From positions 1-64,000 of IMG/VR virus record IMGVR_UViG_3300021197_000592: 64,000 nt of DNA; one strand, given 5' to 3'. Source of the stretch: a virus. The translations under genes were made by a program, and so were the position numbers. Below the pieces are notes generated by a model, which saw nothing but the letters and a program-made list of their open reading frames with translations, was not told where the DNA came from and searched no databases. Shown here in pieces: positions 17,688 through 25,455 of this stretch. The first letter of the stretch is position 1; each line of letters opens with the position of its first letter.

Positions 17688-18875
17688 ATGTCATTCATGG
17701 ATATCCTCAGAAAGCAGGGTGAGGAAGTCCAATCTGACATATACGACTTGAAGGGAAACTTAACCCCCAAGCAATTGAGAGATGCGGCAGAGACATGGGA
17801 GAAGTACGGGGAGAACTTCGGTCCAAATCTGCTGACTCAACCAGCACCGCTGGAAGATAAGAGAGCAAGAGAAGGAGGAGACTTGAGAAACAATCCGGGT
17901 TTCATGGCCGATGCTACCAAAGCACTACAGATGATTGAGTCACTACCATCGGCTTCCACAGAAGAGGAGTTGATGTCTCCTGAATATCAAGCAAGAGGAG
18001 AGATAGAGGAAGTTCTAGAGATACTTCAAGAGAACTTCATCAAAGAAATAGAGAGAAGAGCAGGACAGAAGAAAACCTTCGTTAGTAGAAAGATGAATGC
18101 TGATAGCCTAGAGGAAATACTACGAATGGTTTCAAAGTTCAACAGTCCAGCAGAGATGGAAGAAAAGTTTCCGAACAAGAAGAAGTTCGCAAAGGAATGG
18201 TCTACACAGTTTGCAACATTCAAGGATAAGATAAACGAGTTCCTCTATCTAGGTGAGAGAATAGCACAGCCCGTTCGTGAGGTGTATCTAGAGAATCCAA
18301 TCAGACTCGCTAGGTTCGATGATGACAAGAAGGAATGGATGCAAGAGGATGAACTAGGATACAAGATGTACAATGGCAAGACATCCAAGGAAGTATGGGA
18401 AGACTTGCTGAACTTCTTGGGTATGGAAGCAATGACACCATACGACAAGAAAGAATCCAGAAGCCGATTAGAGAGATACGTTCGATTCGATGAGAGCAAC
18501 TTAGATGAACTATTCAATCTCATTAAAGAAGACAACTTGATGGAAGCATTTCCTGCTCTGTTTGAAGAATCATCATTCGATGACTTGGAGAGCGCATTAT
18601 ACTTACTTATAGAAGACGTAATGGAAATGCATGACGACTACTTGGATGCAGACGGAGAGGATGAAAAGATAGAGGAGAACATCGAGAAGTACCTCACAGC
18701 AATAGAGTTCCTGATGCATGTGTTTGAGATAACGAGAAGGGATGATTTCATCAACGATGGAGTTGTAAACGAACTCAAGGAGATAGAGGAACCAAGGCCA
18801 TTCCAGTTCCACAGGGAATTCAGAAACATAATAGAGGCCCATGATTTGTACGATGAAGAGGAGGAAGACGAGTGA
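17688..18875 (+). CDS. acidic protein with tag variant (MSFMDILRK)
   Basis: 395-aa ORF with GGTGA SD. Confidence 0.75.
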   Translation: MSFMDILRKQGEEVQSDIYDLKGNLTPKQLRDAAETWEKYGENFGPNLLTQPAPLEDKRAREGGDLRNNPGFMADATKALQMIESLPSASTEEELMSPEYQARGEIEEVLEILQENFIKEIERRAGQKKTFVSRKMNADSLEEILRMVSKFNSPAEMEEKFPNKKKFAKEWSTQFATFKDKINEFLYLGERIAQPVREVYLENPIRLARFDDDKKEWMQEDELGYKMYNGKTSKEVWEDLLNFLGMEAMTPYDKKESRSRLERYVRFDESNLDELFNLIKEDNLMEAFPALFEESSFDDLESALYLLIEDVMEMHDDYLDADGEDEKIEENIEKYLTAIEFLMHVFEITRRDDFINDGVVNELKEIEEPRPFQFHREFRNIIEAHDLYDEEEEDE

Positions 18876-19198
18876 GTTGGCAAACAATCCTGAAAGCAAA
18901 TGGTCTAGTGGATAAACTTGACCCAAAGGAGAAGAAGAAGATAAAGAAACTCCTACAGTCTGCTCAACCGTCTGAGTTCATGGGTCAGGAGATAACGCAG
19001 TTGTCTGATTTGCTGACTGCGATGAAGGGTATTGGCTTGGTGAAGAACGACAAGAACATGCAGAAGAAGTTTGAGAAGTTCGATGAAAACAACTTAGACC
19101 TAGTTGCCACAGCATCCGAATTACGGAAGGACTATGAAACACTTTACAACCAGTTGAGAGCAGAGATTTATCCAAAGAAGAAGGGGAAGTTAGAATGA
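18872..19198 (+). CDS. W-tagged protein (MSWQTILK|A)
   Basis: GTG start overlapping upstream stop. Confidence 0.75.
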   Translation: MSWQTILKANGLVDKLDPKEKKKIKKLLQSAQPSEFMGQEITQLSDLLTAMKGIGLVKNDKNMQKKFEKFDENNLDLVATASELRKDYETLYNQLRAEIYPKKKGKLE

Positions 19199-19743
19199 GT
19201 TGGTTTGACATACTAAAGTTGTATGGTAATGAAGACGATTATATTCCTGAAGCAATGCGTGAGTTACTTGAAGAGAACGAGTCGCTACAAGATAAATATG
19301 TTAGTTTCATGGATGAACTCAACTATGAGGTATATCAACTAGGAGAAAAAATGGCTAAGATAGCAGAGGAGGATAATCTCGATGATTATGCTACGAAAGC
19401 CATTGACAAGTATATGAACATGAATGTAACTGGCGGTGAACACTTTGAGGATGTATACCAATCAGTCTCAGATGAATACTATACAAGGAAAAGGGATGCA
19501 GGGGAAGAGGAAGACTCAGCCCCTCAACTTGAGTATGGTAATAAGAACCAAAAAACATTAGAAGCCTTAGAAGATTTCCAAGGTCAGTATTATGAAAACG
19601 AATGGACTGATTATCGAACAAACAGAGAGTTGTCTGCATTAATGGCGGCAGTAAGTCGTGGCGATACTGATAATCTAGAAGGAGAATTCCCTGAAGCATA
19701 CCTTATTTTTAATGAAGCCGGACTACTTAATGAGTTGGAGTGA
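19195..19743 (+). CDS. acidic W-tagged protein (MSWFDILK)
   Basis: ORF track; ATGA coupling. Confidence 0.75.
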   Translation: MSWFDILKLYGNEDDYIPEAMRELLEENESLQDKYVSFMDELNYEVYQLGEKMAKIAEEDNLDDYATKAIDKYMNMNVTGGEHFEDVYQSVSDEYYTRKRDAGEEEDSAPQLEYGNKNQKTLEALEDFQGQYYENEWTDYRTNRELSALMAAVSRGDTDNLEGEFPEAYLIFNEAGLLNELE

Positions 19744-19748
19744 TTGAA

Positions 19749-20078
19749 ATGAGTTGGAAAGATATAATCAAAAATGAAAGAGGGTTCTACACTGACAAAG
19801 AGAATGCCAAGGAGAAAGCAAAGAGCCTACCGAGGATGAAGAAAGAGTTGGATAAAACACTTACAGAATTGAAAATGCTTGTAGATGAAATAGGCGGAGA
19901 CGAAATGGATAAAATGTTCGATGGCCCTGATGGTCAAGAGGTAGGAAGCACTACTCAACTGATGGAAGACTTCAATGAGTTCAAGAAAAAGGTTGAAGAT
20001 GCATATGAGGATGCTTTAATATTTAACACTCAACTTGCAGAAATGTCATTTAATGAAGCAAGGTATGGTAGGCGATGA
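19749..20078 (+). CDS. W-tagged coiled-coil protein (MSWKDIIK)
   Basis: ATG 19749 within ORF 19740..20078. Confidence 0.75.
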   Translation: MSWKDIIKNERGFYTDKENAKEKAKSLPRMKKELDKTLTELKMLVDEIGGDEMDKMFDGPDGQEVGSTTQLMEDFNEFKKKVEDAYEDALIFNTQLAEMSFNEARYGRR

Positions 20079-20079
20079 A

Positions 20080-20583
20080 ATGAGTTGGCAAGATATCCTG
20101 AAAGACATGGATGCAGAAGAGGAATTTGAGAGAGATGCTCTAAGAAGAGATATTGAAGCGGAGCGATATTCAGAGTCCTATCAAAGCCCTAATTTCAAAA
20201 AGGTTGAAGAGAAGTTGAGGGAGTTAGTGAATATCACTATTCCACAAGATGAGCGAATGTTACAAATTGTAATGAGTGCAGGATTCAAAGAACCACCAGT
20301 CACTAGACAACAACTAACATCTGCTACAAGGAAGATTTATCAAGATTTGAAAGAACTTGATAAGATAAAGAAAGAAGCCAAGGAGTATGCAGATAAAAAC
20401 CCAAAATCCGGTCCTTACGATGACGAATTGATTAATGATGTGTTTAAGGATTCAAATTCAGAATACGCTACTGATAGGGGTTTTGAAATGTTAATGGGTA
20501 ATAAAATTGAAGATATACGCTTAGGCTTCGCTAACACGATAACGAGCAACATGCAACAATACAAGCAATTGTTTGAAAAGTGA
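20080..20583 (+). CDS. W-tagged protein (MSWQDILK)
   Basis: ATG 20080 within ORF 20035..20583. Confidence 0.75.
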   Translation: MSWQDILKDMDAEEEFERDALRRDIEAERYSESYQSPNFKKVEEKLRELVNITIPQDERMLQIVMSAGFKEPPVTRQQLTSATRKIYQDLKELDKIKKEAKEYADKNPKSGPYDDELINDVFKDSNSEYATDRGFEMLMGNKIEDIRLGFANTITSNMQQYKQLFEK

Positions 20584-20588
20584 TTGAA

Positions 20589-20663
20589 ATGAACATGAAA
20601 GGAACACTAAAAAGAAATCTTAAGGAAAAACTAAATGAGTTCAGGAAGGAGGAAGAGGCATGA
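20589..20663 (+). CDS. 24-aa micro-ORF MNMKGTLKRNLKEKLNEFRKEEEA
   Basis: Hand-translated; same junction GTGATTGAAATGA as at 19740; ATGA overlap downstream. Confidence 0.45.
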   Translation: MNMKGTLKRNLKEKLNEFRKEEEA

Positions 20664-20893
20664 GTGACGAGAAGAACGAGATGCTACTGCTCCTGAAAGA
20701 ACTGGTTGGCAAGGTGAAATCCTTGGAAGAGGTCGTTTATCAGAAAGATAATCTACTGATGAAGAGTGGACTTGTTGTAGTCGATAGTCCACGACCAGCA
20801 ATAAGCAACGAACAATCAGGAATGTCAGGAGACACAATAGCGAAGATGGACTGGTCAGAAATCAATCAAATCATAGAGACAATAGAGGGATAG
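20660..20893 (+). CDS. small protein with scaffold-like C-terminal helix (DWSEINQIIE)
   Basis: ORF track; C-terminus resembles the end of the protease/scaffold. Confidence 0.7.
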   Translation: MSDEKNEMLLLLKELVGKVKSLEEVVYQKDNLLMKSGLVVVDSPRPAISNEQSGMSGDTIAKMDWSEINQIIETIEG

Positions 20894-20894
20894 A

Positions 20895-21290
20895 ATGGCA
20901 AACTGGCAAAACTTATTGAAAGTTGACATTCGCAATCCTCAATTCAAAGAGTTACTGGATTCGCTTCCTCCTAAAGCGCGAAAAGAAATTGAATCGAGGA
21001 TGAAAGACCGTGATAGTAGTGAGGACAGCGTAAAGTATAACCTTCAAGTAGAGGGACTTCTAAGTGACCCTAAAGTAGAATCTATGCGAAATGAACTTGA
21101 ATCAATGAAAGAAAAAATGGATGATAAAGCATCTAAGTTGATGAGGTATATGTGGGATAACGACAAGAATCCTGTAGACTCGGATGACCCTGAAGTGGAT
21201 AGATTCGGCCCCGGATTCAAAGCCTCAGAGATACTAGGAAAAGAGATTAACGAGATACAAAGAGAATTTGGTGGATATAAACCGTGGTGA
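20895..21290 (+). CDS. W-tagged protein (MANWQNLLK)
   Basis: ORF track. Confidence 0.75.
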   Translation: MANWQNLLKVDIRNPQFKELLDSLPPKARKEIESRMKDRDSSEDSVKYNLQVEGLLSDPKVESMRNELESMKEKMDDKASKLMRYMWDNDKNPVDSDDPEVDRFGPGFKASEILGKEINEIQREFGGYKPW

Positions 21291-21295
21291 GATAA

Positions 21296-21550
21296 ATGAC
21301 AGAAGAAGAAATCATACAGGAAGCCATTGCGAAGGCAAAGGAGATTATACAGGAAGCAGGACATCTAGGAATCCTTGAGAACAAGGATGACCTGATGGGA
21401 GAGGAAATCAAGATGAAGAAGCCGAAGAAGAATCCGTCAGAAGAGCCTATCCCGAAGACGAGCAACATCGAAGGGAAGGAAGATAAGACAAACGATGGCA
21501 CTCTGAAAAAGTCGTCTTGGTTCAACACTGGTGAAGCGAGACAGGTGTGA
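21296..21550 (+). CDS. hypothetical charged protein
   Basis: ORF track, GGTGA SD. Confidence 0.65.
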   Translation: MTEEEIIQEAIAKAKEIIQEAGHLGILENKDDLMGEEIKMKKPKKNPSEEPIPKTSNIEGKEDKTNDGTLKKSSWFNTGEARQV

Positions 21551-21556
21551 GGATGA

Positions 21557-24199
21557 ATGCCTCGTTCTGGTCTAGCATTTGAGAAGGAAGAAGACGGACT
21601 CACTAAGAGAGTCCTTGATTTCTTTGAGCGCACCAGATTCGCATACCTCTCAGCAAAGGCAGACCCATCTGAGTATGGGAAGAAATGGAAGGACATCGTC
21701 AAGAAGATTCGTGAGGACTTCGACCAGATGAGCAACTTCGCTCAGGAGTTGAAGGAGTACGTCACTGAGAAGATTCTGTTCGATGATGATGTCTATGATG
21801 CCAAGTCGGGAACTGCCGAGACTCTGTTCAAGGAAATAAAGGAGATGAGATTCAAGTCGGAGAAGATAAGCGACCCCTTCTCCAAGTTGCTAGGTGATGA
21901 TGTCATTGACACATTCATGGAGAAGCCTGACATCTTCATATCATTCATCCATTATGCGATGCGCTCCCATTCCAACAAGATGCCTGACAAGATATACGAG
22001 TCACAGAAACTCAAGCCCGACCAGATAACTCAGGGAACGATGGGACTTGACTTGAAGGTAGAAGACATTCCACTTTACATCATAGAGCATTACGGAGCAG
22101 AGGGGAAGGACACTCGTAGGGTAAAGAGCAAGTTCAAGTCGTCATTCTCTAGATTGAAGGAGATGTACAACGAGACTTACCCGGAGGACAAGTGGGATGC
22201 TCTCGTTGACTTGGATGTTGTGAAAGCGGAGAAGAGCGAGGAGGAGAAGCAGGAAGTTGACTTCCTCATACCCAACAAGCCGATGTATCGAATCTTTGAG
22301 ACTGATGACTTGAAGCAACTCAAGGGATTCAGTGGTGAGTGGCTCGTTCAGGAGAAGTACGATGGGATGCGAATACAGATTCACAAGGATGGAGACAGCA
22401 TCAAGATATACTCATTCAACAAGAAGGACATCACGGATAAGTGTCCATTGCAAGTCAAGGAGATGGAGAAGAAGAACTTCGGTGACTGCATACTCGATGC
22501 TGAACTCACCCTATTCCTAGAAGATGAGCCATTGCATCGTGCTGATACTGTGGCACATGTGTTCAAGAAGGAAACGAAGGGAAGGCTATCTGCTCACGTT
22601 TTCGACATCATGAAGCATGAGGGCAAGATGATTGCCGATGAGCCACTGAGGGAAAGAGTGAACATTCTCTTCTACCAGTACAGTTCTCATTCCACTGAGA
22701 ATCTAGCATTCCCATCCAAGAAGGACACAAGAATAGCAGACTCAATCAAGGAGGTCGAGGACTACTCTAAGGTGATAATGGAACTACCATCATCAGAGGG
22801 AGTCGTAATCAAGGACATAGAATCCACATACATCATAGGAAAGCAGAAGAATCCTAAGTGGATAAAATGGAAGAAGTTTGTTGACTTGGATGTCGTAGTA
22901 TTGGATTCCAAGAAGACTGCTAGTGGACTCTTCTCTTACACTATGGGAATAGGGCCAGTAAATGCTGAGACAGCAAGAACCTACAAGACCACTGAACTAG
23001 GAGATAAAGCATATCTTTCAGTTGGGAAGGCATTGAACACTAAGGAAAAGGTGGATGTCGGTGATATAGTCAGAGTCAAGGTAGACGAAGTGAAGAAAGG
23101 CAAGGATGGTTTCAGTCTCTATTCGGCCAAGGTTATCGAGATACCAGAGGTAACGGAGTCTGACAAGGTAGAAACTCTAGAGCAACTATCAACCAAGACC
23201 AAGAAATCTCTTGACTCGGCTATAGAGTTCATTGCTGGTAAAGCAGTTGGTGATAGATTCAAAGTGATGAGTGGAGTTCAAAATGCTGCTAAAGCAAAGA
23301 CTGCTGCTGATATCGCTAGAGATAAGAAGAAGAAGAAGGTCAAGAAAGGGTATTACATCACGGATGACATACACGGTACTGCTGAGATAATACTCAAGTC
23401 AGACCTAGATGGGTTTACCATCTACGGTTTCAGCGGTGATGACCTGATGCAGAAGAATGCTCTGTACAACATAGACATCTGGAAGGAGCAAGTTACTGAG
23501 ATACTCAAAACAAAGAGGTCAGAACTGAGGGTTGGAATAAGAAACGATATCATTGAGCATGGTGATGACCCCAAGCCATTCGACAAGATACTGGATTTCG
23601 TAGAAGAACACTACAAGGACACCTACGAAGAACTGTTTGAGATGAAGCCTGACAAACTCATGTCATGGTTGAAGAGACAAGAGGACATACAGTACGTTCA
23701 CCCGAACAAGTTCCAAGCAAGAGATGACGTTCTTGAGAAAGACATTGAAGAGTTGAAAAAAAAAGACACTCCTAACCAAGGTAAATTCAAGTTGTTCCAA
23801 CGTGAAGACGGAAACATAGACTTCGTAATCAGAGCAGGTGGGGAGAAGATGGCTTGGACAATAGACATAGAAGACACAGAGGATGTGTTCAATCTGTTCG
23901 GGAAGTCTGGTAAGTTCCCTGCAATTGTGGCAACTACTGTAAATGAAGAGAAACTACTAGATGCAGGTGACTTGGAACTAGGAGTTCAGAAGGATGGATA
24001 TCATGAGTATAGGTTGGATGGTGATAAGTTCCAGACCAGAATGCACGTGCGAGTTGTTCCATTGGATGAGCAAAAAACATGGTTGGCTTGGACCGGAAAG
24101 AAACAAGAGATGTTAGACAAGACAGATGATGACGGAGTATGGATGATATCAGAAGATAAGTATGCTGATTTGCCATTTCCCAAGAAAAATAGCGAGTAG
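21557..24199 (+). CDS. lig: ATP-dependent DNA ligase with long N- and C-terminal extensions
   Basis: Motif I QEKYDG, ILDAEL, VFDIM, EGVVIK, KWIKWK, followed by an OB-fold region. Confidence 0.92.
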   Translation: MPRSGLAFEKEEDGLTKRVLDFFERTRFAYLSAKADPSEYGKKWKDIVKKIREDFDQMSNFAQELKEYVTEKILFDDDVYDAKSGTAETLFKEIKEMRFKSEKISDPFSKLLGDDVIDTFMEKPDIFISFIHYAMRSHSNKMPDKIYESQKLKPDQITQGTMGLDLKVEDIPLYIIEHYGAEGKDTRRVKSKFKSSFSRLKEMYNETYPEDKWDALVDLDVVKAEKSEEEKQEVDFLIPNKPMYRIFETDDLKQLKGFSGEWLVQEKYDGMRIQIHKDGDSIKIYSFNKKDITDKCPLQVKEMEKKNFGDCILDAELTLFLEDEPLHRADTVAHVFKKETKGRLSAHVFDIMKHEGKMIADEPLRERVNILFYQYSSHSTENLAFPSKKDTRIADSIKEVEDYSKVIMELPSSEGVVIKDIESTYIIGKQKNPKWIKWKKFVDLDVVVLDSKKTASGLFSYTMGIGPVNAETARTYKTTELGDKAYLSVGKALNTKEKVDVGDIVRVKVDEVKKGKDGFSLYSAKVIEIPEVTESDKVETLEQLSTKTKKSLDSAIEFIAGKAVGDRFKVMSGVQNAAKAKTAADIARDKKKKKVKKGYYITDDIHGTAEIILKSDLDGFTIYGFSGDDLMQKNALYNIDIWKEQVTEILKTKRSELRVGIRNDIIEHGDDPKPFDKILDFVEEHYKDTYEELFEMKPDKLMSWLKRQEDIQYVHPNKFQARDDVLEKDIEELKKKDTPNQGKFKLFQREDGNIDFVIRAGGEKMAWTIDIEDTEDVFNLFGKSGKFPAIVATTVNEEKLLDAGDLELGVQKDGYHEYRLDGDKFQTRMHVRVVPLDEQKTWLAWTGKKQEMLDKTDDDGVWMISEDKYADLPFPKKNSE

Positions 24200-24224
24200 G
24201 TTAAATAGTAAGAAAAAAAGGTGA
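24200..24224 (+). promoter_or_regulatory. possible archaeal TATA box (TTAAATA) and GGTGA SD upstream of protease/capsid genes
   Basis: TTAAATA at 24201-24207, about 25 nt before GTG 24230. Confidence 0.35.
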
Positions 24225-24229
24225 TTTGA

Positions 24230-25444
24230 GTGTTAGCAACAACAGGAGTATTATTGAAAGCAGAAACTGATGCCGAATTCAGCATTCTAAAATCAGATAA
24301 TCTAGTCATTGGAGGGTATGCATCTATAGAAATTGTAGACAAGCAAAACGACCTAATAACACTAGAAGCATTGGAAGAAGCAGTCAATAAATACATGGAA
24401 GAAGAAAAATACAGAAATGTAATGTCAAATCATTCAAATGTTCAAGTCGGGGAGGTCGTAGAAAAATATCGAGATTCAAACGGTGTCTTACACAAAACAG
24501 GTGTAGATGACGTTGGATTCTATGTAGTAATCAAGATGCGCGATGACATCGAGAAGGCTAAGGAAATCTCAAGAGGTATTAGAAAAGGAACTCTACGGTC
24601 ATTTAGTATAGGTGGACAAGCAATATCAAAGAGACAGAGAAAATCTGAGGAGTTCGGGGAATACAACGAGATAGAAAAACTTGAGTTGCATGAAGTTACT
24701 GTCTGTGAAAAAGGAATAAACCCGGAAGCGAAATTCGACATTTTAAAAATGGAGGAAAAAAATATGAGTGAAAAACTGGAAAAAGCCCTAGAGGAGTTGA
24801 ACAGCCTGATGAAGCAGGTCAATTCGCTCCGAAAGGAAGAAGAAAAAGAAGAAATGGAGAAAGGTGACATGTCAGAGATGATGGACACTGAAGAAATGAT
24901 GATGACCGAGGATGAGAAGATGGGCGGCGAGATGAAAGCCGATGACGATGAAGACATGGAGGAGAAGGCTCTTGATGAAGATTCAACAAGAGACTTTGAG
25001 GCCGGTGAGGAAGTCGTTAGCGGTGGCAACCCCGTTGCAACACCTGCTCCTCTAAAGGTATCAAAGGGATTGGAGAACGCTGATTTCTCTACTCTCGACC
25101 TAACTGTGGAGAATGTCGAAAAGGCATATGAAGCATTCAAGGCCGAGAAGTTAGAGGCAATGGCGTATGATTCCCTTAACAAAGAATTCAGTACCCGTCT
25201 AGAGGCAGAACTATCCGTAAAGAAATCAGTCGCAGAGAGAGCAGAGTACGATGCTCGCAACGATGTGGCTGCTCTTAAGGAAGAGTTCGCTGAACTACGC
25301 AAGTCTCTTTCGGCAGAAAGCGATGAGATAAAGAAGGCAAAGGAAGTTGCATTTGAGATACCAGAAGGCATCCCAAGCAACCTACAAGAGGCTTCTGAGA
25401 TTTCATGGAGTGACATTCACAATATTGTGGAGAGGTATCAGTGA
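24230..25444 (+). CDS. HK97-type prohead protease fused to acidic coiled-coil scaffold
   Basis: IGGYAS...DKQND, putative catalytic H (MSNHS), S (RSFSIGG), ELHEVTV; directly upstream of capsid gene. Confidence 0.92.
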   Translation: MLATTGVLLKAETDAEFSILKSDNLVIGGYASIEIVDKQNDLITLEALEEAVNKYMEEEKYRNVMSNHSNVQVGEVVEKYRDSNGVLHKTGVDDVGFYVVIKMRDDIEKAKEISRGIRKGTLRSFSIGGQAISKRQRKSEEFGEYNEIEKLELHEVTVCEKGINPEAKFDILKMEEKNMSEKLEKALEELNSLMKQVNSLRKEEEKEEMEKGDMSEMMDTEEMMMTEDEKMGGEMKADDDEDMEEKALDEDSTRDFEAGEEVVSGGNPVATPAPLKVSKGLENADFSTLDLTVENVEKAYEAFKAEKLEAMAYDSLNKEFSTRLEAELSVKKSVAERAEYDARNDVAALKEEFAELRKSLSAESDEIKKAKEVAFEIPEGIPSNLQEASEISWSDIHNIVERYQ

Positions 25445-25455
25445 GGTGATTAAGT

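Noticed and set aside
2201-20100. CRISPR array or true integron behind the recurring ATGAGTTGG
   Set aside because: Repeats are short, coding and irregularly spaced; no cas or integrase gene and no palindromic attC-like sites seen.
173-21290. W-tag as a secretion signal or lipoprotein motif
   Set aside because: No hydrophobic h-region, twin-Arg or lipobox Cys, and the motif also occurs at C-termini.
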